Positions 1 through 9,067 of a stretch of 64,000 bases of DNA are shown piece by piece. The notes under the pieces are model-generated. The model had not been told where the DNA came from and ran no database searches. It saw only the letters and a program-made list of their open reading frames with translations. The translations under genes were made by a program, and so were the position numbers. The first letter of the stretch is position 1. Each line of letters starts with the position of its first letter. Origin of the DNA: Candidatus Heimdallarchaeum endolithica (lineage in GTDB: Archaea > Asgardarchaeota > Heimdallarchaeia > Heimdallarchaeales > Heimdallarchaeaceae); assembly GCA_021513715.1 (NCBI GenBank), contig CP084167.1, positions 928,001-992,000 on the forward strand, read 5' to 3'.

Positions 1-895
1 TAACTGCTACCTGAGAAACGTGATGATTCCAAAAAGATACAGAATACAGGAATAAAACAACAAAAACAATTGGTGAAAGAACTAGCTTTACTAATGATAA
101 TTTAGTTGAAACAGTTTTTTCTAAATCGTTTTTTGTTTTATTCTCTATCGCAGGTTTTTTTGAGATCTTTTCTAGAAGGAAGTTTAGAAAACTATAGATT
201 ACAATATTAACAAAGATAAAAAGAACATACCATAAAATAGCAAATCTGGAGAAAAATAGGCTAAAAGTTCTACTTAAAGCTACAAAAAACACACCTATAA
301 AACTGATAGCAACAGAAGATAAAACTGGAAGATTTGACATTCTATCAATTACATAACTGATGTTTTGATTCTCACTATTTCTATTTAATTGTTCTTCAGG
401 AGAAAATAGAAGAATTAATCCTTCAAAAAGTAAAACTAAAGGAAGTAAAAAAGAACTGAGAATAAATAGAGGATTAAATGTTAAACTAAAATAAAAGGAA
501 GAGTTTTCGATCATTTTGATTAACCAAAAAGCTGTCATTGCTATTTTGTAGTTATATATTAGAAACAAATAATCAGTCAATTTAGAAAAAGCAAACATAA
601 TCAAGAAAATACCTGTCTTTCTTTTATTTATAAAAACAAGATAATTTATTGCCAACACAACAAATATAGTAAATAAAGCTAAAAGAATGAAAGAAAACAT
701 AGATTCATTTGTGCTCTTAATAGTAGCTAAAGAATATTGAATCGTTGCTTTATCTTCTCTTAATTGAGTTGAAGAAATATAAACTCTTCCAAAAACAAAG
801 GAAGTTAGATTGGCCGTAAAAAGGTTCAAAAACGACAATACTAAGGATATTAAATTTAAAATTAAGACTGTTAGTAATACAATTTTTTTTCTCAT
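1..895 (-). CDS. Multi-pass membrane hypothetical protein, 3' end runs off the window
   Basis: Manual translation from ATG at 895 (MRKKIVLLTVLILNLISLVLSF...) stays open to position 1 with several hydrophobic segments; absent from the ORF track because it has no stop in the window. Confidence 0.75.
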   Translation of the reverse strand, partial: MRKKIVLLTVLILNLISLVLSFLNLFTANLTSFVFGRVYISSTQLREDKATIQYSLATIKSTNESMFSFILLALFTIFVVLAINYLVFINKRKTGIFLIMFAFSKLTDYLFLIYNYKIAMTAFWLIKMIENSSFYFSLTFNPLFILSSFLLPLVLLFEGLILLFSPEEQLNRNSENQNISYVIDRMSNLPVLSSVAISFIGVFFVALSRTFSLFFSRFAILWYVLFIFVNIVIYSFLNFLLEKISKKPAIENKTKNDLEKTVSTKLSLVKLVLSPIVFVVLFLYSVSFWNHHVSQVAV

Positions 896-1246
896 TTTCT
901 TCACTTGGTCAACATCTATCCCTAAAATAGCAACCTTTATTAATATTTCCAATTATTTTTCCTTACAATGTTTATTCATATCTATCTGCGAGAACATACT
1001 CATTGACTATAGTATCCCTGGTCAAGAAAGAATATAGTATCTAAGTTATAGATTACTAGCTCTGGAAAGACTACATACAGTACGCAGAAGATATGAAATC
1101 TGTTTTTATTAAGTTTGTTTGTTATCAAACAAGAATATTAACACAACTGAACAGATCTTTTATTTTCTGCGGAAGTTATGTTTGTCTTTTCTTTGAACAA
1201 TTCCCCACAATACCATCTTTGCTTTAGGGACTGATATTCACCCTCG

Positions 1247-2353
1247 GTGAAAAAAATGATAAAAATAGAAAATATAGAAAAAACTTACTTTAGTAAAAAA
1301 ATAGAATTCACTCTATTCGTAAGAAATGTAAAGAAAAAAGGAAAAGAAATCGAAAAGTCTAAACCTACTGCTTCCAGTATTAGTGAAACAAAAGTCCAAT
1401 ACAACCCTCTATTTAAGACTGAAAAAAAGAAAACCTATGCTCTTCGAGGAATTAACCTAAAGATTAGAGAAGGAGAGATATTTGGTTTACTAGGTCCTAA
1501 TGGCGCTGGAAAGACTACACTAACAAAAATAATATCTACACTCATTATCCCTGACAAAGGAAATATCTTTGTCAATGGATATAATGTAGTTAGTAAAGTC
1601 AAACAAGCACGTGCTTCAATAGGTTTAGTAACAGGAGGAGAACGTTCTCTCTATTGGAAACTTACACCTCTTGAAAATTTATCTTTCTTTGGTAGGATGT
1701 ATTACCTATCAAAAAAAGAAAGTCTAGAAAGAGCTAAAGAATTGATTGAAATCTTTGGGTTAGAGGAAAAGAAAAATGATCTTGTTCAAAACTTAAGTAC
1801 AGGACAGAAGATGAAAGTAGCTTTTGCCCGTGCTTTGATGCACGACCCTCCAGTTTTGCTACTGGATGAATACAATAGAGGACTAGACCCCCAAGCTTCA
1901 AAAAACCTTAGAGATTTCATAAAAAAAGTTCTACAGAAAGAACAAAACAAGACAATATTACTTTGTACTCATGATATGACAGTTGCAGATAATTTGTCTG
2001 ATAGAGTTGGACTAATTTTTCAAGGAAAAATTGTAACTTTAGACACACCTGAAAAATTGAAGAGCTCACTAAAATTCAGAACGAAATTAACCTTTGTTAC
2101 AGATAAACCAATCGCTCCTCTAGTTGAGAAATATGAAGGAGTAAGTATTCTTACAACAAAAAACGTTGAGAGAGAATACACAACAATTCTCACTCTAAAA
2201 AACGGCTTATCCAGTATTGAAATAATGGACAATATAAGAGAAAAAGACTGCTTCATTAAAAACTTCGAAGTTAACCATGCTAGTCTAGAAGATGTGTTTC
2301 TTTCTTATACAGGAAGGAAACTAGAAGAAATAGAAAACGGAGAGGAGGACTGA
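1247..2353 (+). CDS. ABC transporter ATP-binding protein (ABC-2/DrrA-type exporter)
   Basis: Walker A GPNGAGKT, signature LSTGQ, Walker B LLLDE, H-loop CTH, C-terminal SLEDVF; start may be the ATG at 1256. Confidence 0.95.
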   Translation: MKKMIKIENIEKTYFSKKIEFTLFVRNVKKKGKEIEKSKPTASSISETKVQYNPLFKTEKKKTYALRGINLKIREGEIFGLLGPNGAGKTTLTKIISTLIIPDKGNIFVNGYNVVSKVKQARASIGLVTGGERSLYWKLTPLENLSFFGRMYYLSKKESLERAKELIEIFGLEEKKNDLVQNLSTGQKMKVAFARALMHDPPVLLLDEYNRGLDPQASKNLRDFIKKVLQKEQNKTILLCTHDMTVADNLSDRVGLIFQGKIVTLDTPEKLKSSLKFRTKLTFVTDKPIAPLVEKYEGVSILTTKNVEREYTTILTLKNGLSSIEIMDNIREKDCFIKNFEVNHASLEDVFLSYTGRKLEEIENGEED

Positions 2354-2357
2354 TAAA

Positions 2358-3263
2358 TTGGTTACTCAAACAATAGAACTAAAAAGAACAAAAACTGTAA
2401 TATTAAACGAAGAATTGCTGTTTAGAGCTAATAAAAAGTCTTTCAGAAACTCATCACGTGTAATTCTAGCTTATGCTTGGAAGAATCTGCAAAATGATCT
2501 TCGCTATTTAGGAAGTTGGATTTACTGGATGGTTGTACCGTTATTGTGGCTCATTCCTTACGCATTTCAAGGAAAAGCTCTTCTTGGAGATTCAGAATCA
2601 AGTTTCTTTCTTAAATACGGAGGAACAGGAGATTATTTCTCCTATGTGGCTTTAGGATTTATCCTCTTCAACATCGTCGACTCAGCTATTTGGGGTGCAG
2701 GAAATAGATTAAGATGGGAACAAAAGAGCGGGACTTTCGAATATATTTGGATCACACCAATTTCAAGGGTAGAATTGCTTCTAGGTTCAAGTTTTTCAGA
2801 ACTTGTTTGGATAGCATTTGTATGTACTGCGCAGTTTCTTATTCTTAACTTTGTACTATCTTGGACATTCACAATAATACAAATATTACTATCTTTAGTA
2901 GTAATAATAGTAACTCTAGCAGGTTTATTCAGCTTTAGTTTCATCTTTGCAAGCATAATATTAATTTTCAAAGAACCAGGAACTTTAAGTGAATTAACAG
3001 ATATATCGCTGAACATTCTTCTACCTGTAAGATACCCCTTACGTATTCTACCTCCGTTTTTGCGATGGATAGGATATATAATGCCTTTCGCTTACGGATT
3101 TTTCTCAATTAGAGCTTTCACTTTAGCCAGAGAATATAACCTTGGTTTCATATATTTAACAATACAGCTTATACTATCGGCTATTATGTGGATAGTTGGA
3201 TTGAAAATATTCAAACGAATAGAGCATCGAACAAGAAAAATAGGACAACTAGGAGCGTATTAA
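2358..3263 (+). CDS. ABC-2 type transporter permease
   Basis: About six TM segments, EQKSGTFEYIWITPISR motif, YP..ILP; follows the ATPase. Confidence 0.9.
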   Translation: MVTQTIELKRTKTVILNEELLFRANKKSFRNSSRVILAYAWKNLQNDLRYLGSWIYWMVVPLLWLIPYAFQGKALLGDSESSFFLKYGGTGDYFSYVALGFILFNIVDSAIWGAGNRLRWEQKSGTFEYIWITPISRVELLLGSSFSELVWIAFVCTAQFLILNFVLSWTFTIIQILLSLVVIIVTLAGLFSFSFIFASIILIFKEPGTLSELTDISLNILLPVRYPLRILPPFLRWIGYIMPFAYGFFSIRAFTLAREYNLGFIYLTIQLILSAIMWIVGLKIFKRIEHRTRKIGQLGAY

Positions 3264-3264
3264 G

Positions 3265-4122
3265 ATGAATGAGGAAAAATATAAAACTAAAGTAAATCAA
3301 TTAAAATGGGAACTAGTTGGCGCTTTAGCTATCTTTAAGAAATCTTGGCAAGTTCAAAAACGTTATCCTTTAGCCTTTTTCTTCTATGCTATTTCTCCTA
3401 TCCTCTGGTTATTACCACATCTAATATTTAGTTCTGCATTAGTAGGAGGAAGATACTCTGAAAATCTTTATTCTTTAATTGGATATGGAGACGTACTAGT
3501 ATATACTTCTCTAGGATTAGTCTTTATGGCCATCTTTTCTTCAACAATGTGGGGAACAACTTACAGTATTAGAAACGAAGAATTATCCGGAACGCTTGAA
3601 AACCTATACATATCACCCATTTCAAGATATAGCATTATTTTAGGTAATACTTTATTTTACTTAACACAAGCTATGATAGGATGCATAATACAACTTACTA
3701 TAATAGGAATATGGTACCGTGAAGCTTTTTCTTGGACTAACTTCTTACTTTCTTCAGTCTTTCTATTAATTGGCTTTCTACTAATTCAAGGAATATCTCT
3801 ACCATTAATTGCTTTTGTCTTCTGGCAGAAAGAAGGGTGGAAAATCATTCTACTTGGTGAATCCTTGATCTTGTTCATTACCCCTGTTACTTTTCCAATA
3901 GTTGTTCTTCCAACATTACTACAAAATATTGCAAAGTTTAATCCTTTAAATTACGCAATTGAAGGATTTAGGAATGCTTTTCTTTTTGGCAACTCAGGTA
4001 CTGTACAAATGTATTTACTCTTACTGTTACTTATTCTACCTTTTGCCACTACTATAGGAATAACTATTTTCCACTTTGCTGAAAAAAAGTTGAGAAAAAA
4101 AGCTCTGCTAGGTCAATATTAA
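3265..4122 (+). CDS. ABC-2 type transporter permease
   Basis: EELSGTLENLYISPISR, FP..VLP and NPLNYAIEGFR motifs. Confidence 0.9.
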   Translation: MNEEKYKTKVNQLKWELVGALAIFKKSWQVQKRYPLAFFFYAISPILWLLPHLIFSSALVGGRYSENLYSLIGYGDVLVYTSLGLVFMAIFSSTMWGTTYSIRNEELSGTLENLYISPISRYSIILGNTLFYLTQAMIGCIIQLTIIGIWYREAFSWTNFLLSSVFLLIGFLLIQGISLPLIAFVFWQKEGWKIILLGESLILFITPVTFPIVVLPTLLQNIAKFNPLNYAIEGFRNAFLFGNSGTVQMYLLLLLLILPFATTIGITIFHFAEKKLRKKALLGQY

Positions 4123-4185
4123 GAAAAAAAATAATTTTTTAATTTTTTTTTAGATTTTTTGTTTTAACGTGTTATTATTATTTAG

Positions 4186-4656
4186 TTACTCATCGTCGTC
4201 GAATTTTACACCATACTTCCATATTTTATCTAGAACTTTCTCTTCTTCTACTGTTAATTCAGAGATAAGATTTTTAAGCCCTTTTAGGATTGCTTCATGT
4301 CTTTGAACTTCTCCTAAAATATTGTTAAGTATAGCTTTTGTTTTTTGATCTGTAATTTTATCAATAATAGCTTTATTCTGATTGATAATATTCCATTCAA
4401 GTTCAATTACTGTATCTAATGTTTTGAGAACATTTTCTTTTGTTTCTTCTGGTATTGCTTGATTTAGTCCTTGGGCCCTATCCAACAATCCTTTGAGTAT
4501 TGATATATGCTTCTTTGCATCTAATCCTATTCCGTTCATTAATGATTCAATAAGTGTATTTCCTACAGCAAAATCATAATATGTAAGTAAATCTGCAATT
4601 TTCTCCTTTATCTCTATCATTTGCCTTAATTGCACAATAAATGATTCTTTCTCCAT
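4186..4656 (-). CDS. Ferritin-like four-helix bundle protein
   Basis: Two helical repeats with E...DAKKH and ELE...EVQRH metal-ligand-like patterns. Confidence 0.6.
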   Translation of the reverse strand: MEKESFIVQLRQMIEIKEKIADLLTYYDFAVGNTLIESLMNGIGLDAKKHISILKGLLDRAQGLNQAIPEETKENVLKTLDTVIELEWNIINQNKAIIDKITDQKTKAILNNILGEVQRHEAILKGLKNLISELTVEEEKVLDKIWKYGVKFDDDE

Positions 4657-4880
4657 TTTGCTTACCTTTATCGATTCTTAACAATATAATGTTTGAAGTG
4701 CAATTAAAAGTTTTCGCAGAATTTGCTTCTTAAACTTTAAAAAGACAGAATGCTGTTTATGACATAACACACAGAAGAAAAGCACAGAAAGCATATTTAG
4801 CTTATTAATTTCCATTTTTTTAACGTTTCAATATAAATTTTAAATATAGGCACAGATTCTTTAATTGCGGATGATTTTGA

Positions 4881-5798
4881 ATGAAGAAAGTTGTTTCTGT
4901 AAGTTTAGGTTCAAAAACAAGAGATTATAAGAGAGAATATGAACTTGGAGGAGAAAAAATTCAAGTTCAAAGAATAGGTACAGATGGTTCATTGAAAAAA
5001 TACAAAGAACTTCTCGAAAAATATGATGGAAAAATAGATGCTTTTGGTATCGGAGGATTTGATGCTTATCTTTGTAGAAAAAACAAGAAATACAAGATCA
5101 GAGATTTTTGGAAATTAGTAAAAAATGTCAAAAAAACGCCTTTTTTAGATGGGGGAGGAATAAAAAGTACATTAGAAAGTGAAATATTTCAGTTTGTAGA
5201 GAAAAAACTTCCTGAGGAAGTTGATGAAGATCGTTTTACTTTAGTTATGAGTGCTGTTGACCGCTGGGGGCAGGCTGAATCTGCTTGGAAATTCGTAAAC
5301 AAAAATAAAAAACTCATTACTTTTGGTGATCTTATCTGGGGATTAAAATTAGGAATTCCTTTACACTCACTAAAGACAGTAAATGCACTGGCAATATTTC
5401 TTACACCGATTGTAGTCAGACTACCATTCAGCATGCTCTATCCAACAGGGGATAAACAAACAGAGTTTAAGCCTTACAAAATCAAATATTTCAAGAAAGC
5501 TAAATTCATTGCAGGAGATTTCCATTTTATCAACAGAAACATGCCTAAGGAAGGAATGGAAGGAAAAATAATCATTACTAATACAACAACAGAAGAGAAT
5601 GTAGAACGACTAAAAGAATTAGGAGTAAAATACATCATCACTTCAACACCAAGAATAGAAGGGAGATCATTTGGAACAAATGTTCTTGAAGCGTGTATTG
5701 TTGCAATAAGCGAAAAGAATAGAGAACTAACAATGGAAGAGTATAGAGAATATCTGAAGAAGTTTAATATTGAACCCGTTATAGAGAAACTAAACTAA
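4881..5798 (+). CDS. Conserved protein of the family loosely annotated 'quinate 5-dehydrogenase' (function unverified)
   Basis: VVSVSLGS..RD, RIGTDG, DAFGIGG, DGGGIK.TLE, SAVDRWG, GDFHFI, ITNTTT, TPRIEGRSFGTNVLEA; family recognised from memory. Confidence 0.7.
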   Translation: MKKVVSVSLGSKTRDYKREYELGGEKIQVQRIGTDGSLKKYKELLEKYDGKIDAFGIGGFDAYLCRKNKKYKIRDFWKLVKNVKKTPFLDGGGIKSTLESEIFQFVEKKLPEEVDEDRFTLVMSAVDRWGQAESAWKFVNKNKKLITFGDLIWGLKLGIPLHSLKTVNALAIFLTPIVVRLPFSMLYPTGDKQTEFKPYKIKYFKKAKFIAGDFHFINRNMPKEGMEGKIIITNTTTEENVERLKELGVKYIITSTPRIEGRSFGTNVLEACIVAISEKNRELTMEEYREYLKKFNIEPVIEKLN

Positions 5799-5837
5799 CT
5801 CTCTTTTTTTCTAATTTTTTGTTTTTTTTGAGATTGA

Positions 5838-5947
5838 TAGTACTTCCGCAATAAGTTGACCGATTTCTATAGGTTAAAATTATAGGCGTTCATACTATCA
5901 TTGAGGTGTTCTCAATTCATACTTTATGAGATAATTCGGAAGTACTA
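5838..5947. mobile_element. MITE (110 bp, non-autonomous IS derivative)
   Basis: Perfect 11-bp terminal inverted repeats TAGTACTTCCG (5838-5848) / CGGAAGTACTA (5937-5947) flanked by 6-bp direct repeat GATTGA (5832-5837, 5948-5953). Confidence 0.8.
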
Positions 5948-5990
5948 GATTGAAGTGAAATATTTTTAAATTCACGCTAAAGAATAAATT

Positions 5991-6539
5991 ATGACCTCAG
6001 AATTTGTTACAAATTCTTTCTTTGGACTAGTTTTTGTTTTACCAGTATTCATGTGTAACGCTTTTGCAGGTTTTATGGGGGCTCTTTTCAAGAAATTAGG
6101 TAAAATTTATCCAATGGATGGAGGAAGAAAATGGAAAGATGGAAATCCTCTTTTAGGAGATCATAAGACTTGGCCGGGTTTTATAGGAGGATTAATCGCA
6201 GGTACGATAACTGGGATAATATTGTGGCATTACAATAACCTAAACTCTTTCTTTTTATGCAGTTATCCCTGGTATATAGGAATTCTGATGGGTGTAGGCG
6301 ATCATTTTGCTGATTTGATGGGTTCTTTCATAAAAAGAAGAATGGGAAAAAAAAGTGGTGCTTCACTTCCTCTATATGACCAAGGTTCATGGATGGTTAC
6401 AGGAGCACTTATAGCTTTACCTTTTTGTAAACCTATAGTATGGATTTACTACATCGTACCTATAGTTCTTACTCCATTGATTCACGTGATCGCTGGTTTT
6501 ATTGCTCTCTGGACAGGAATAAAAGATGTATGGTACTAA
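5991..6539 (+). CDS. carS: CDP-archaeol synthase (CDP-2,3-bis-O-geranylgeranyl-sn-glycerol synthase)
   Basis: P.F.CN, PMDGG..W.DG..LLGDHKTW.G, GD..GSFIKRRMG...G..LP.YDQ, TPLIH, IKDVW: characteristic DUF46/CarS motifs. Confidence 0.9.
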   Translation: MTSEFVTNSFFGLVFVLPVFMCNAFAGFMGALFKKLGKIYPMDGGRKWKDGNPLLGDHKTWPGFIGGLIAGTITGIILWHYNNLNSFFLCSYPWYIGILMGVGDHFADLMGSFIKRRMGKKSGASLPLYDQGSWMVTGALIALPFCKPIVWIYYIVPIVLTPLIHVIAGFIALWTGIKDVWY

Positions 6540-6621
6540 TTAGTAGAAACGAGTAAAACTGTTTTTGCTTTTATTTTATAGTTTCAAGTAATAATTTAAA
6601 AACTAGATAATTCATTAGAAC

Positions 6622-7425
6622 GTGAAAAAAATGAAATTTGATATTATTATTCTTGCTGGAAAATCAGATATGGATGAACCATTATTGAACTATTTTTCCG
6701 AGAAATATAATAAAAAATACGAGTCTAAAGTTTTAATAGAACATAATGGTGTTTCTTTTCTTAGACGCATATGTGATGTTTTACACGAGAGTCCATCAAT
6801 AGGCGATATTTACATTGCAGGATTAACAGAGAACGATATCGAACTACCTTATCCAGTTCACTTTTTAGATGTAGGTAAAGAAACTAGTACAATTGATAAG
6901 ATAGAATATTGGATTAATAATCATTTATCTAAAAAGGATCCTGTTCCAACTTTAGCCTTAATTATGAGTGGAGATATCCCAGCAGTAAAAACTGAACATA
7001 TTGAAGATTTCATAAACAAAATAAAAGATAAAGAATGTGACTTCCACTATGGAGTTGTAGAACAAACTGACATGGAAAGAGTTTTTCCTGGAAGTAATAG
7101 ATCTTATGCAAAACTAAAAGATGGTAACTTCTGCGGCTCTGATATATTTGGAATCAATCCCCAAACAATCCTAAAGTATTCTAAAACCTTTAGAGAACTA
7201 ACATCAAAGAGAAAAAGTTTCTTAAAACAAGCTTTCTTCGTCTCTCCTTTCAAATTCATCAAGATAGTTCTAAGACGTGCTACACTTCAAGAAGTAATCC
7301 ATATAGCAGAAAAAGCTTTAAAGATGAGTGTTGATATCCTAAGATTATCTTATCCAGAATTAGCAATGGATATAGATAAACCCTTCCAATATGAGATAGT
7401 AAAAAATTATTTGGAAAATGAATAG
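6622..7425 (+). CDS. MobA-like nucleotidyltransferase (NTP_transf_3 family)
   Basis: IIILAG N-terminus, SKVLI, MSGDIP, FPGSNRSY.KLKDG.FCG, C-terminal ELAMDIDKP. Confidence 0.8.
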   Translation: MKKMKFDIIILAGKSDMDEPLLNYFSEKYNKKYESKVLIEHNGVSFLRRICDVLHESPSIGDIYIAGLTENDIELPYPVHFLDVGKETSTIDKIEYWINNHLSKKDPVPTLALIMSGDIPAVKTEHIEDFINKIKDKECDFHYGVVEQTDMERVFPGSNRSYAKLKDGNFCGSDIFGINPQTILKYSKTFRELTSKRKSFLKQAFFVSPFKFIKIVLRRATLQEVIHIAEKALKMSVDILRLSYPELAMDIDKPFQYEIVKNYLENE

Positions 7426-7497
7426 CAAGTGTAAAAAGTAGAAAAAATTAAAATTTCAATTTCCAATTTTATACAAGAACTGGAAAGAAGATCAGAG

Positions 7498-8058
7498 ATG
7501 CCTAAAAGTAAATTTTTTCAAACGCTCTTAAAATATGATGAAGAAATATCTAGAAAAGTAGTTACCAGATTCAAACCCATACAAAAGGTACTAGGATTTA
7601 TCTCTCTTTCTGGAAATTCACAACCCTGGATTATTTTATCAACAGTTTTTTTTATTTTTAACGATTTTCTTACTCGTATTCAGAACCTTTCACAAGTAAT
7701 AGCAGTTCTTCTTTCTGCAAGTATAGTAGGAATAGTTAAAATGATTATAAAAAGAGAAAGACCCAATCATTTAATGGTTGAAGAATATATTGCAAAAGTA
7801 GACTACTACTCTTTTCCATCAGGACATAGCACACGAGCAATTGTTTTTTCTATAATAATAACTTACTATTACCCAGTTTTCGGCTGGATTTTCATCTTAT
7901 GGGGATTAATCATTGCTTTTACTCGAATCGCACTAGACCTCCACTATTTTTTTGATGTAATAACAGGAATCATTTTAGGAATATTTGGTGGAGTTTTAGG
8001 AATTTTTGTTTACCAAAAATTAGTAATAGTTTTGAGTGATTACTCTTTCTTCACCTAA
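7498..8058 (+). CDS. PAP2-family membrane lipid phosphatase
   Basis: K......RP (KMIIKRERP), FPSGH and TR.....H...D motifs. Confidence 0.9.
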   Translation: MPKSKFFQTLLKYDEEISRKVVTRFKPIQKVLGFISLSGNSQPWIILSTVFFIFNDFLTRIQNLSQVIAVLLSASIVGIVKMIIKRERPNHLMVEEYIAKVDYYSFPSGHSTRAIVFSIIITYYYPVFGWIFILWGLIIAFTRIALDLHYFFDVITGIILGIFGGVLGIFVYQKLVIVLSDYSFFT

Positions 8059-8123
8059 CAAATTTCAGCAAATATAAGTAAACAATTAGAGACATTTATT
8101 AACTTAAAAGATAATTATTCCTC

Positions 8124-9053
8124 ATGCTAAAGAGAACAGAAGAATTTACGCTAGAAGATTTTAAAGACAAAGATTTGCTAGTTTATGACCCCTTTTACGA
8201 TAAAAGGATAAATATTCCCATTAGAAGAGGAGGAACAACTTATAATGTTAGTTTAATAGATATGAATGAAAAACCTCTTCATCCTGACTGGACTGTTATA
8301 TGTGTTCACGGTTGGGGTTCAAATGCACTAAATTATCGTTTTGTTTTAAAGTACCTTTCTCCTTACTACAGAGTAATAGCTTATGATCTTAAAGGTCACG
8401 GAGAATCAGATAAAGATGAAGATACTTATGATTTAGGGTTGTTTACTGAAGAGTTGGCTCAAATTATTAATCATTTTAACCCTAACAATTTAGTCTTAAT
8501 TGGACATAGTATGGGGACAGCAATAGTTATGAATTATGTCTATTTAAATCCAAGAAAAATAAAAGCAATAGCACTTGTTTCTTCTTCTGCTGATTTTGAA
8601 AAACCTTTACCTCGTATTGTTCCTCTAGTTTTTTCTAAAGTAGATGAAAGGCTCAAGAATGCTTTAATTCACACGGGAATGGCTCTATGCGTGACCAAAG
8701 ATTGCCCTAAGATTTTATTAGATATTCTTCGAGAACAAAATAAAAGAACCCCCTACGAAGTTTACAGAAAAGCGCTTTTGAATACCATTTATCCGTGGAA
8801 AAAAGATGAAGACCTGAATAAAATAAAAGAGCCAACACTAATTATGGTTGGAGACAAAGACATCGTAACTCCTGTCTCAAATTCTGAAAAACTAAACAAA
8901 CTAATTCCTAACTCCAGACTTCTAATAATTCCTAATGCTGGACATTCCGTCCTAATTGAAAAAGGAAAACATGCCGCACTTCTATTGTTAGAGTTTGTAG
9001 AATTTATAAGAGAGCAAGAACAAGCAAAACAAAAAGAAGAAAGAAAGGAATGA
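8124..9053 (+). CDS. Alpha/beta hydrolase
   Basis: HGWG oxyanion loop, DLKGHGES, nucleophile GHSMG, GDKD, AGH. Confidence 0.9.
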   Translation: MLKRTEEFTLEDFKDKDLLVYDPFYDKRINIPIRRGGTTYNVSLIDMNEKPLHPDWTVICVHGWGSNALNYRFVLKYLSPYYRVIAYDLKGHGESDKDEDTYDLGLFTEELAQIINHFNPNNLVLIGHSMGTAIVMNYVYLNPRKIKAIALVSSSADFEKPLPRIVPLVFSKVDERLKNALIHTGMALCVTKDCPKILLDILREQNKRTPYEVYRKALLNTIYPWKKDEDLNKIKEPTLIMVGDKDIVTPVSNSEKLNKLIPNSRLLIIPNAGHSVLIEKGKHAALLLLEFVEFIREQEQAKQKEERKE

Positions 9054-9067
9054 AAAAATAAAAGTTA

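Noticed and set aside
810-1037. 75-aa plus-strand ORF
   Set aside because: Overlaps antisense the start of the long minus-strand membrane-protein frame (1-895) and has no recognisable motif
4740-4860. Several ACAGA words in the divergent promoter of the ferritin-like gene and the lipid cluster
   Set aside because: Irregular spacing and no dyad symmetry; insufficient for an operator call
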